Shown here piece after piece: positions 28,766 to 37,540 of a stretch of DNA of 44,844 nucleotides. Under the pieces are notes generated by a model. It was given only the letters and a program-made list of their open reading frames with translations, was not told the origin of the DNA and did not search any database. Position numbers and translations under genes: made by a program. The stretch is from a virus (lineage: Duplodnaviria; Caudoviricetes): IMG/VR virus record IMGVR_UViG_3300027772_000952, positions 1 through 44,844 of that record; one strand, given 5' to 3'. How positions within the stretch are numbered: position 1 is the stretch's first letter; each line of letters opens with the position of its first letter.

Positions 28766-29095
28766 TTATTTTACTCCTAACTTTTCTAACTTAATGATTA
28801 TTTGTATTTTTGTTTCATTTCAGCAACTTCACTGCGAAGGTACTCAAAATCTTTTCTCAATAACTCAAGGTCAGCAGTATTGCGGCCCGGTTGCTTTATA
28901 TAGCTTGCAAATCTTTCATCTGATATTTTTATAGAATGTTCTAGATCTGCAATTCTAGTCTGTGTAGTAAACACATACCAACTGGCAATGACAATAGCAC
29001 TAACTACAGAGATCAAAGTCTTTAAGGGAACAGTAACTTCTGTCTTTTCATCTATTTGCACTGCCATTTACTTTACTCCTAACTTCTCTAACTTA
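28763..29095. repeat. 31-nt direct repeat (28763-28793 / 29065-29095) flanking the 89-aa gene
   Basis: 29/31 identical; minus strand TAAGTTAGA[G/A]AAGTTAGGAGTAAA[G/A]TAAATG. Confidence 0.9.
28798..29067 (-). CDS. single-pass membrane protein with C-terminal coiled coil
   Basis: LISVVSAIVIASWYVF transmembrane segment followed by a heptad-like region. Confidence 0.75.
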   Translation of the reverse strand: MAVQIDEKTEVTVPLKTLISVVSAIVIASWYVFTTQTRIADLEHSIKISDERFASYIKQPGRNTADLELLRKDFEYLRSEVAEMKQKYK

Positions 29096-29793
29096 CTAAT
29101 ATAGTTGGCCATTAGGTGATCAAACACACCGATAAACTTTTGCCCTTTTGCTCTGGCTTTCATTCTACTGCGAGCCATGTCCTTTACTCGCTGCCACGGA
29201 GTTAAGTTTCTAAACTCACCGTAGTAGTTCATATACACATGTGTGCCATGATGATCAAATCCCATAGCTCTAAATGGAACTTTGGTTACATCATCGCAGT
29301 TGTTCTGTACTCTATAGTGTTCAACAGCTAAACTCTTAACAAACTCTGCATTGCCAACTCTTGGCGAACCAAATGTTACCAATGCTGTAACACGATCCTG
29401 CATACGACTGGCAGCTATAGTGGCCATGGCAGCACCAAGACTGTGTCCAGTTACATATAGGTTACCTGGATTGTCTGCTAACACTTTAGAGATAGTGGGC
29501 CATAACTTGTTGATTTCACCTTTGAATCCAACATGCACTTTGCCACCACAGGCTTCTAGATTCTTACCAGACTTTAGGTCTGCTAATATATCTGACTTTT
29601 CAGTTACTTCAGTGCCTCTAAATGATAACACTGTGATTGTACCGTTGGTCAATAGATATGCTTGAGCACCGTCTATGTCAAAGAATTCAACGATAGAGTA
29701 GCCCAGTGCTTTAAACTTGGCCTTTGATGTTTTAGGATTGTCATAGGTAGTTTGCGCTATGTTGGCAAACTCTAATAGTAGTTCTGTCTTCAT
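29068..29793 (-). CDS. class 3 lipase
   Basis: SFRGTE, VHVGF, VTGHSLGAAMA, TFGSPRVGN, DDVTKVP and a C-terminal DH. Confidence 0.93.
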   Translation of the reverse strand: MKTELLLEFANIAQTTYDNPKTSKAKFKALGYSIVEFFDIDGAQAYLLTNGTITVLSFRGTEVTEKSDILADLKSGKNLEACGGKVHVGFKGEINKLWPTISKVLADNPGNLYVTGHSLGAAMATIAASRMQDRVTALVTFGSPRVGNAEFVKSLAVEHYRVQNNCDDVTKVPFRAMGFDHHGTHVYMNYYGEFRNLTPWQRVKDMARSRMKARAKGQKFIGVFDHLMANYISKLEKLGVK

Positions 29794-30170
29794 TAGAATC
29801 TTCCTTGTACTGTTTTAGCAATGATGTCAGCTTGCTGTATTATCAGCTTACGTTTGATATCACAATAGATAGGACTCACTGGACCTTTATTTGATCTCTC
29901 TGCAAATTCTTTAGCAGTGGCTTTCATTGTGTCTGTTAGTTTAGCAACATCTTTAGTGTTCTTACTTTCAGCATACAAATCAAACCACTGTAGTTGTAAG
30001 TTCAGAACAGTTAGCTGTTCTGTTAGATTGCCTTTGCAATCAAAGTTGGCAGCAGTTTGGCGCAGGTCTGTTGTGACCTTGGCTTGATTAACATCCCACT
30101 TACTTGGCCAAGGGCCTAATACGCTGCATCCTGTAAGTGTTAAGACTAATAGTAAAGATGCTAGTTTCAT
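29793..30170 (-). CDS. lipoprotein (125 aa; start MKLAS)
   Basis: MKLASLLLVLTLTG-C signal peptide II with an LTGC lipobox; ATG 1 nt after the upstream stop. Confidence 0.8.
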   Translation of the reverse strand: MKLASLLLVLTLTGCSVLGPWPSKWDVNQAKVTTDLRQTAANFDCKGNLTEQLTVLNLQLQWFDLYAESKNTKDVAKLTDTMKATAKEFAERSNKGPVSPIYCDIKRKLIIQQADIIAKTVQGRF

Positions 30171-30171
30171 T

Positions 30172-30618
30172 TTAGTTGCACCAGCTTTGTTTAGCTTCGC
30201 CGTAGTACTCACGAGCAAAGCCATTAGCAATCAATCCAGCACGTAGGCTTTGTCCATTGATTAAGATATCGCCTAGTACTCGTCCGCCAAACTTGTCCCA
30301 ACCATACATGGTAACTTGAAACTTGCCACCTTGTGCTGCTGCAGTAGCAATAGCATTTTTAGTAAATGCAGAGGCTGCTTCTCCACGCTGTGCTTCGCTT
30401 GGGCACATGGCTCTGTGTCCTTTCTCTGGAGTGTCTACACCAAACACACGAATTGCCAACTCTGGCTTGAATGGTGCTGGTAAGAATGGAGCGGCAATAA
30501 CAACTGTATCACCGTCGCTGACACGGAGGATCTGTGCGTCATAGGTTGCACCCTTAGGTGTCTTTTGTGCAAATGCTAGCAAGGGTAAGCATAGCAATAA
30601 TAGTAGAAATTTCTTCAT
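30172..30618 (-). CDS. secreted thermonuclease (SNase family)
   Basis: Signal peptide MKKFLLLLLCLPLLAFA; VSDGDT, IRVFGVDTPE, DKFGGRVLG, GFAREY. Confidence 0.92.
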   Translation of the reverse strand: MKKFLLLLLCLPLLAFAQKTPKGATYDAQILRVSDGDTVVIAAPFLPAPFKPELAIRVFGVDTPEKGHRAMCPSEAQRGEAASAFTKNAIATAAAQGGKFQVTMYGWDKFGGRVLGDILINGQSLRAGLIANGFAREYYGEAKQSWCN

Positions 30619-30639
30619 AGTAGTCCTTTAAACTACTAA

Positions 30640-30645
30640 TATTTA
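30640..30645 (-). promoter_or_regulatory. late-type promoter TAAATA overlapping the upstream stop codon
   Basis: TAAATA, then AAGGA RBS and ATG 30618. Confidence 0.55.
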
Positions 30646-31896
30646 GCGACTGAAGTAGTAATCTCCGTCGGGTCCGTAGTCACAGAAGCAACCAGCGCAT
30701 TTCCAACCCTGCTGCTCCATAAATGCAATAACTGTGTCTTTTAACGGAGCACCTGCATTGTATTCAGTTACCTGTAATTCTAATATAAGATGTTTTAATT
30801 CACTAAATGTAGCCAATGCGCCTTTTACAATGTCCATTTCTGCACCTTGTACATCTATTTTAACTAGATCAGGCATGGGCCATTGTCTAGTAGCTACAAC
30901 TGTATCCAATGTTGTTTGTGTTAATCCCGTAGGCTGATATAAGTGCGGATAGGCAGTTTCTCTATACACGCTAGATCCTGCAGGATGTTCTGGGTTTTGA
31001 TAAAAATGTTTAACAACTCCATCCTTGTCGCCTAACAGCCCAATATGGTATTTGGTATCTGATGCTTTATAGAACGTCTCTAGTTCTGCCACTGCTTCAA
31101 ATGCATAGTAGTCAGCTTCAGGCCATAGCTCTTTGGCTTCTTTGGTCCAGTGTAGTACACATGCACCTATGTCATAAACTACCTTAGGTGCTATGCCCAT
31201 TTGTTTTAGGTACTTGAGAAAGTTAGTGTGTTCAGCAGGAAATAATCTTTTCTCAGCTAGTAACTCATAACTAGTCCTAGTGTCTTCTTTGTAACCCTGT
31301 CCCACTTTAAATGTCCATGAGCCAGTATGACTGCAGAGTATGCTAGGATCAGCATATATCTTAAATCCTTTACGACGAGCTTTGATACAAAAGTCTGTGT
31401 CTTCTGACACTGTGTATCTATGATCTAATGCGGAGTGATACTTAAAGTATGGATAGCCAATAGCCTTAAAGACTTCTGTCTTGACTAACACACAGCCAAA
31501 ACCGCAGCCCACGACTTCAGTTAGACCATTGCCTCTTAATTTGGCGTAGTCCATATGAGTAGAGCCGCCTGTAGCAGTTGGCTCATATATTTCTAGTATG
31601 TGTTCGCCTGGCTTGCGTTGTATGTATAAGCCACTGACCATGTCTACCTCATGTGCCAACAGCTTCTTCAATGTGTCTGGAGCAAACGCAATGTCACTGT
31701 CTACACTGAATAGATAGTCGTAGCCTTTAACTACCCAATCTGCAATTAGGTTGCGTACTTGATCTACATTGTATCCATAGAAGTACTGGAACTCAGTTGT
31801 GTATCCTTCTGGCACCTGTAGATCATAGATACTTTTAAAAGTATCTGGCTCTATATTACGAGCCGTTGGTATTGCTATTAGTATTCTTTTTGGCAT
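30643..31896 (-). CDS. GT-A (GT2-like) glycosyltransferase fused to FkbM-family methyltransferase
   Basis: N-half FSVDSD, GFGCVLV, SEDTDFC; C-half YDIGA...AFEA...TTLD...KIDVQGAE. Confidence 0.85.
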   Translation of the reverse strand: MPKRILIAIPTARNIEPDTFKSIYDLQVPEGYTTEFQYFYGYNVDQVRNLIADWVVKGYDYLFSVDSDIAFAPDTLKKLLAHEVDMVSGLYIQRKPGEHILEIYEPTATGGSTHMDYAKLRGNGLTEVVGCGFGCVLVKTEVFKAIGYPYFKYHSALDHRYTVSEDTDFCIKARRKGFKIYADPSILCSHTGSWTFKVGQGYKEDTRTSYELLAEKRLFPAEHTNFLKYLKQMGIAPKVVYDIGACVLHWTKEAKELWPEADYYAFEAVAELETFYKASDTKYHIGLLGDKDGVVKHFYQNPEHPAGSSVYRETAYPHLYQPTGLTQTTLDTVVATRQWPMPDLVKIDVQGAEMDIVKGALATFSELKHLILELQVTEYNAGAPLKDTVIAFMEQQGWKCAGCFCDYGPDGDYYFSR

Positions 31897-33943
31897 TTAA
31901 TATTTTACTTGCTGTAATTGTTTGTTCACGACCGTTTATTTTGTAGTCGTTGAGAGGATTGATATCATTGTAGTTGACCACAACATCTTGTATTGCCAGT
32001 ACCTTAGCTGGGTCTGCACGTTCTAGTAGTGCATAGAATACAGCTATGTCTCCGCCTGCACGATACCATTCGTCTCCATCTTTGAACTCACTGTCGTCTA
32101 TACCATTTAATAGATACTTTCTAAATGTGCGGAGGTGTGTATATGGGACATTCCAATTGAACTTGTGATTCCTGTACTGCTTAGTTTGTTTGATAATCTC
32201 TGGATAGGGCTGTGCAATCAAAGGAATGTTATCAACCATTGACCAACAGCTACCGTAGGTAAATTCTGTATCTCCATGATAGATAGTATTGTAGTAACTG
32301 AGTATTGAGTTGTCATTGACTAGACTATCATCGCCATCTAGGATCATAATGATAGCTTGATCAATACAATCACGGAACACATCTATTTGATTGTGTACTG
32401 CTCCTTTGCGTTCAATGTTGTCAATTATAATTATTTTCTTTTGTATGTCCTGCGGCAATGATTGTATATACTCTGTAATTACACCCATAGTGTTATCTGT
32501 AGAGCAGTCATTGACTAGCAGCATTTGCCAACGACCGTAATCTTGTGTAGCTACTGACTCTATACACTGTCTAATATATTTTTCACAATTCCAAAATGTA
32601 CTAACAATCACAATAGGTTGTTCGTTGCCTGCTTTGTAATTTTCCAACTCTACAGTATTATGGAACCTACGTCCGTATACTTTGTGCAGACGTTTGTTTA
32701 TCAGTGATACTTGTCTGTACTCATCTCTGCTTAGATATTGGCCGCATTGTTTAAAGATGTGCTGTTTCCATTGTAGAGCAACTGCATCCCAACCACTCCA
32801 ACCTTTAACAATATTACAATAGTACTTCTTCTGTTGATGCAGATAAGGATTGTTGTATGCTTCGACTACCGTGCCAACAAACTTTTCAATCTGTTCAGGA
32901 TAATTGATATTAGGGAATAAGCCGTTAGGTTGTATAGCATAGTCTATCATATAGCAGGCCTCTGCTAGAGCTGTTTCCTCTAGTGCGCCAAATCTGCAGG
33001 TAATTACAGGAGTGTTATACAACAAACTTTCTAGTGTGGATATACCATAGGTCTCAGGAAAGGCAGCAGGGTATATCATAAAGTTAGCTTTAACTAGTAT
33101 CTCAGCAATATCCTGTTGTGATATGATGCCCGTAAACTCTATATCTAGCTCTGCGTTCTTGGGATCGTCTGCCATAACTCGCCAGTCACGCTCTTGTTGA
33201 TCAGGGCCATCCTGTTGACTAAAACGATAGTAGCCACCAATGACTTTTAATTTGGCAGTAGGAATCCATTTTTTAACATGCGGCCAAATATGTTTAACTA
33301 GGGGTATCATGCCTTTGGTAACACTAGCATTATAAACAAACAAGTCTTTGTCTTTGGCTTCTACATTAACATCTGATACCCATTGTCTAGCACCATTGCG
33401 TGTGATAAACATTTTACGTTTAAGCACTTCATAGTTACGTTTGTGTCCGTGATCACAGTTAGTAACGTAGTTTAAATGCCAGTCACTAAGTGTGAATACA
33501 TCTGTGATGCGATCTGATATTACCAACTGTTCTATCAGTCCGTCACCTAGGCAGAAGGTATCATGCATCCATAGGATGCGCATCTTTGCCTGTGCTAATA
33601 TACGATTGTAAAGGTCCATAGGCAGAAAAGGCATAGCACGATTGTCACCTATCTTTGCGTAGTCTTCAGTGGCCACAAAAGGTATAACTGTGCGGCTGCT
33701 GATCACTACGTCAAATTGCCAATCTTCATTTAGTCTATCTAACGGAACATATGTGACCTTGTCATATACTCCTGGACTGGCATGATCTGTGTTGCATCTA
33801 TTGAACACCGTAACATCAAATCCCAGCTTGGCTAACTCCAGTGCGTTTAGAGTAACAGCACTTTCTGAGCCGCCCAGTCCCTGTTTGAACACTGTGGTTC
33901 CATCGTAGGGTATTCCGATAATATCAATAATAGCAATTTTCAT
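31856..33943 (-). CDS. bifunctional glycosyltransferase (GT-B/GT4-like plus GT2)
   Basis: GLGGSE, WMHD, ETYGISTLE (E-x7-E); then STFWN...CIESV...VNDCSTD...LDGDD. Confidence 0.88.
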   Translation of the reverse strand: MKIAIIDIIGIPYDGTTVFKQGLGGSESAVTLNALELAKLGFDVTVFNRCNTDHASPGVYDKVTYVPLDRLNEDWQFDVVISSRTVIPFVATEDYAKIGDNRAMPFLPMDLYNRILAQAKMRILWMHDTFCLGDGLIEQLVISDRITDVFTLSDWHLNYVTNCDHGHKRNYEVLKRKMFITRNGARQWVSDVNVEAKDKDLFVYNASVTKGMIPLVKHIWPHVKKWIPTAKLKVIGGYYRFSQQDGPDQQERDWRVMADDPKNAELDIEFTGIISQQDIAEILVKANFMIYPAAFPETYGISTLESLLYNTPVITCRFGALEETALAEACYMIDYAIQPNGLFPNINYPEQIEKFVGTVVEAYNNPYLHQQKKYYCNIVKGWSGWDAVALQWKQHIFKQCGQYLSRDEYRQVSLINKRLHKVYGRRFHNTVELENYKAGNEQPIVIVSTFWNCEKYIRQCIESVATQDYGRWQMLLVNDCSTDNTMGVITEYIQSLPQDIQKKIIIIDNIERKGAVHNQIDVFRDCIDQAIIMILDGDDSLVNDNSILSYYNTIYHGDTEFTYGSCWSMVDNIPLIAQPYPEIIKQTKQYRNHKFNWNVPYTHLRTFRKYLLNGIDDSEFKDGDEWYRAGGDIAVFYALLERADPAKVLAIQDVVVNYNDINPLNDYKINGREQTITASKILNAKKNTNSNTNGS

Positions 33944-33948
33944 ATGCT

Positions 33949-33977
33949 ATTATATATACGTTGCAGGTCTAAGTCAA
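33949..33977 (-). promoter_or_regulatory. sigma70-type promoter (leaderless)
   Basis: TTGACT-17-TATAAT, 5 nt before ATG 33943. Confidence 0.75.
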
Positions 33978-33984
33978 CAGCTAA

Positions 33985-34404
33985 TTAGAAACTGTTATTG
34001 AACCAACCTACTTTTCTGCCTTCAGCAATGCGTTGATCATACGCGGCAACAGAGCTAGGAAAACGCCAAGCCCAAATAGCGACAAGTCCCATAAAAATTG
34101 CGGTACTGATAATTCCAATTGGTTTTACTCCTGTAAAAAACATAATGATCAAACTTGTTGTCATCATAGCTAACATAAAGTATTTCATCTTTAGAGGAAA
34201 CACACGCTTCTCGCTCCAGTTGGTTAGGAAAGGCCCGAACAGTTTATGATTATATAACCAACGATGCATACGTTCGTTACCCTTGCTAAAGCAATAGGCA
34301 GCAAACACTACAAATATTGAGTAGGGCAAGCCAGGAGTGATTACTCCAATGTAGGCCATGCCTAAACTTAAAAATCCTAATACATTCCAAAATATCTTTT
34401 TCAT
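33985..34404 (-). CDS. ybaN: YbaN/DUF454 family inner-membrane protein (start MKKIF)
   Basis: LG-x2-G-x2-PGLP-x3-F...CF-x-K...HRWL-x-NH-x2-FGP; ATGA overlap with the radical SAM gene. Confidence 0.85.
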   Translation of the reverse strand: MKKIFWNVLGFLSLGMAYIGVITPGLPYSIFVVFAAYCFSKGNERMHRWLYNHKLFGPFLTNWSEKRVFPLKMKYFMLAMMTTSLIIMFFTGVKPIGIISTAIFMGLVAIWAWRFPSSVAAYDQRIAEGRKVGWFNNSF

Positions 34405-35267
34405 GCTATTCCCCAACTTCCTTTGCTCTTGTGAGCTTGTAGATCAAATCCATTCTTACACTGTATCTTAGGGCAAGGATAAGGTTGTTGATCAAGTATG
34501 ACATCTTTAGTAAACACATTACCTAATGACCTGTTACTCTTGCACCATCCTCTATAGACATAACCAAAGTTGTCAATGACTATCTGATTATATCCTGCCC
34601 AACACAGGTGTCCATAATAGTTGTTCAAATGATTGACTCTCTTGAATTCTATTGTTGTTTCAACCTGTTGCTGATTAGTTACATCAATGCCTTTCTCAGC
34701 ATAGTATTCAGCCCACTGGTCGTCTGAGTATTTAAGATACTGATCGTTGCCCTTGCTGAAATTTGAGTAGAGTAATTGCAGTACAGTATGTGGATGAAGT
34801 TCTTTAAGTTGCCTGTAGGCCTGCATGCCTTCTGCCCATTTGTCTGGAGTAATAGCCACATAGACTTTTAGATCAGTAGTGCGAGCAATAGTTGTTACTT
34901 GTTTAAAATGCTCTAGGTCTGTGTGCAGATGATATGTTAGTATAAGTCCATACATAGATCCTATAACTTCTTCCCACCAAGCAACATCACTTTGGCCGTT
35001 AGATACCAGTTTGAATCTAACATTAGTATTCTTACTGTCTAGTATAGTTTGTTTAAGTGCAGGACTTTGTGTAGGTTCTCCACCTGAGAACTCTATCTGC
35101 ACACAAGAAAAGGCCCGGGTCTGCTCAACTAAATGAGCGAAGGCCGGGCTGAATTGTTCAATGGGTGGAAAAGGATTAGCACCGTTCTTTAATTCCCAGT
35201 AGCAATAACTGCAATCTAGATTACAGCTATTTCCTAAATTCCAATCTATAGTTAAAACATCGTTCAC
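34401..35267 (-). CDS. radical SAM protein with C-terminal SPASM/twitch-like cysteines
   Basis: CNLDCSYC, FSGGEPT, SNG; LCWAG...GWC...CPKIQC. Confidence 0.9.
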   Translation of the reverse strand: MNDVLTIDWNLGNSCNLDCSYCYWELKNGANPFPPIEQFSPAFAHLVEQTRAFSCVQIEFSGGEPTQSPALKQTILDSKNTNVRFKLVSNGQSDVAWWEEVIGSMYGLILTYHLHTDLEHFKQVTTIARTTDLKVYVAITPDKWAEGMQAYRQLKELHPHTVLQLLYSNFSKGNDQYLKYSDDQWAEYYAEKGIDVTNQQQVETTIEFKRVNHLNNYYGHLCWAGYNQIVIDNFGYVYRGWCKSNRSLGNVFTKDVILDQQPYPCPKIQCKNGFDLQAHKSKGSWGIA

Positions 35268-35776
35268 TGTAAGTATTCAAGCCACTCTGCATGCTTTATT
35301 TGAAAAGGCATTGCTTTACGCTTATTTACTAATTCGTAGAAGCTGGGCTTATGTGGCTTAAATTTAGGAACAATCTTCTTGTTGTTACCTTTGCTGGCAT
35401 TGCAGGGACCGCAGGCAGTTACACAGTTTTCAAAGGTAGTCTTACCACCTAGGCTGGTAGGCAGCACATGATCCAATGTACAGTGTTTCTTTTCTAAATC
35501 ACATCCGCAGTAGGCACAGTGATAGTTGTCACGCAGAAATACATTGCTTTTACTAAAGCGAATGTTTATTTTAGGTTTCATGTACTCTCTGAGAATAACA
35601 ATACTAGGTACAGCAGTTTCCCAGCGAGCTGATCTAACAATCCAATTATCGTGCCAAGCTAATACTGTGGCCTTATCTAAGACCATATATCGGATCGAAT
35701 CCTGCCAAGTAATTGTACTAAGCGGCAGAAAGCTGACTGGTGCGCCGTCGGCGTTGAGTAATAGCGTATCTGACAT
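35264..35776 (-). CDS. HNH endonuclease (McrA-like)
   Basis: NVFLRD-x3-CAYCG, TLDHVLP-x3-GG, CGPCN-x2-KGN. Confidence 0.92.
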   Translation of the reverse strand: MSDTLLLNADGAPVSFLPLSTITWQDSIRYMVLDKATVLAWHDNWIVRSARWETAVPSIVILREYMKPKINIRFSKSNVFLRDNYHCAYCGCDLEKKHCTLDHVLPTSLGGKTTFENCVTACGPCNASKGNNKKIVPKFKPHKPSFYELVNKRKAMPFQIKHAEWLEYLQ

Positions 35777-35813
35777 TTTTGGTAATCATTTCTTTTTGTA
35801 TGAAACAGCTTGT

Positions 35814-35842
35814 ATTATACAGCCATTTTGTAATTTAAGCAA
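35814..35842 (-). promoter_or_regulatory. sigma70-type promoter
   Basis: TTGCTT-17-TATAAT upstream of HNH-rSAM-ybaN. Confidence 0.7.
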
Positions 35843-36383
35843 GTAGATTTTGAACGAATTCCGTACCAGATTGCTCAATTGACTGAGTCCATTGGTCCTG
35901 GCCGTCTAAGGCAAACACACTATTATGATTTGGTGTAGCCAAAAGCCAACTAAAGTCGTGATTGTAAGGTGCAACGCCTTTGAGTTCGCTTTCTAATTGA
36001 TCCGGAGCCCATGCACATAACCCTAATGCTAGTCTCCAATGCATTGGACAATCACCCATTGCTAGTCTTTGTAACAGCTCATGACTAGAACTAATACTAA
36101 ACTCATTGTTGATGTGCATGGTATTGTTGCAGGTCCATTCTGATGAGTGTATTAAGGTAAGTGCTTTGACATTTACCGGGCCACCTACATATATGAATCC
36201 TTCAATGTCACATTCTATATTACACTGTTGGGCAAACTCTCTAATAGGCATTTTAGATTTCTTGTTTAACACAAGACCCATGCTGCCGCGGCTGTGATTC
36301 TCTGTGACAAATGTCACAGTCTTCTGCCAAAAGTTTCCTCTTACATTAGGAGGAGCAATTAAAAGTTTACCAGTTAAATTCAT
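35835..36383 (-). CDS. YqgE/AlgH (DUF179) family protein
   Basis: GKLLIA-x-P, GSMGLVLNK, YVGGPV, G-x2-AW-x3-QLE-x-E, W motif. Confidence 0.9.
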   Translation of the reverse strand: MNLTGKLLIAPPNVRGNFWQKTVTFVTENHSRGSMGLVLNKKSKMPIREFAQQCNIECDIEGFIYVGGPVNVKALTLIHSSEWTCNNTMHINNEFSISSSHELLQRLAMGDCPMHWRLALGLCAWAPDQLESELKGVAPYNHDFSWLLATPNHNSVFALDGQDQWTQSIEQSGTEFVQNLLA

Positions 36384-37273
36384 TATGCAAATCGTTGTAT
36401 AGAACCTTTTACGTCAGCGACAGTAATAGTTCCATCTTTATTTTTATCCAAACCTTTATTTTGTTTGTATACCAAATCACTACTTAGGTTTGTGCCTGGT
36501 ACCTTCCCACCACCCTGTTTTCCTAATACAAAGTCATCTGGATAACCAACAAACTTAGGCATAAACACTGCCATATATAGATCACCTAGATCCATTCCTG
36601 GCTTAACGCCTACCATTTTAAAATACTTATAGACATAGTCTAATTGTTCAACTGCAGACATTGTTCGCAATGCTTCTACACTAGTTCCTAATGATCTAGC
36701 AGTATCCGGCATAAACTGTATAAGTCCAGTAGCCCCTGACTGTTTGTTAACAGCCGATGGATCAACTCTAGACTCCATTTTCATAATAGCTAATAAGTGG
36801 CTGCTTTCAATACCTAATGCATTAGCAATTTTATCTAACTTTTTATTGAAGTCAGGATCTTGTATTGCTTTAGTATCTATATTACTTGCACTAGGTGCTG
36901 CTTTAACATCTGCAGGTGTACTTTTAATTAGCTTGCTAGCAATATTAGGTTTAGATTTTAGAACGTCATTTAACTTAGCAACTGTTGCAGGTCCTGGATC
37001 GCCATCAACAGTTAGCCCGTTATCTGTTTGAAACTTCTTAACTGCATCCACAGTCTCTGGTCCACGGATCCCATCAACGCCATGCTTTGGTAATGCGTAA
37101 CCTAATGCAATTAACGACTTTTGTACATCAGCAACTTCTACGCCACGACGCCCTTTAGGAACATTAACTACGAAAGTTCCTAGATCCATCTTGTCTTTAA
37201 TTCGAGGAGCACCTGGTTCAGCATCTGCTGGACCAAACTTTTCATTTATTACGTTAAATTCATTAAATCTCAT
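36383..37273 (-). CDS. peptidoglycan-binding plus lytic transglycosylase (SLT-like) protein
   Basis: VDGIRGPETVDAVKKFQTDNGLTVDG PG-binding domain; MES (catalytic Glu), GATGLIQFMPDTA; DKNKDGTITVAD EF-hand-like tail. Confidence 0.9.
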   Translation of the reverse strand: MRFNEFNVINEKFGPADAEPGAPRIKDKMDLGTFVVNVPKGRRGVEVADVQKSLIALGYALPKHGVDGIRGPETVDAVKKFQTDNGLTVDGDPGPATVAKLNDVLKSKPNIASKLIKSTPADVKAAPSASNIDTKAIQDPDFNKKLDKIANALGIESSHLLAIMKMESRVDPSAVNKQSGATGLIQFMPDTARSLGTSVEALRTMSAVEQLDYVYKYFKMVGVKPGMDLGDLYMAVFMPKFVGYPDDFVLGKQGGGKVPGTNLSSDLVYKQNKGLDKNKDGTITVADVKGSIQRFA

Positions 37274-37536
37274 TTGCGTGTGCCCCAGTCTGGTATCTTG
37301 CCGCCATATTTTTTGCCCTTGACCTTGTGTCCGCCCATGGTCATACGGCTTTCTGGACCTTTGCCCATTAGGTGACTTTTGTTGCCTTCGCGGCGTCGTA
37401 GGCCTTGGCTTTTACATGATGCTAGATTACTTGCTCCAAGATCTTTGTTAGATTTAGAGCTAGCACACAGCTTTCTGCTGGCTTTTTCGTCAAGAGCGGC
37501 CAGTTCCTCGTCGGTAATAAATTCGTTGATCAGCAT
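37270..37536 (-). CDS. small basic late protein (possible capsid-internal protein)
   Basis: N-terminus MLINEFI; K/R-rich; ATGA overlap with the next gene. Confidence 0.75.
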   Translation of the reverse strand: MLINEFITDEELAALDEKASRKLCASSKSNKDLGASNLASCKSQGLRRREGNKSHLMGKGPESRMTMGGHKVKGKKYGGKIPDWGTRK

Positions 37537-37540
37537 ACTG

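Noticed and set aside
35264-35776. HNH gene as an intron-encoded or homing mobile element
   Set aside because: No interrupted host gene or intron structure; it has its own promoter and is coupled to the rSAM gene
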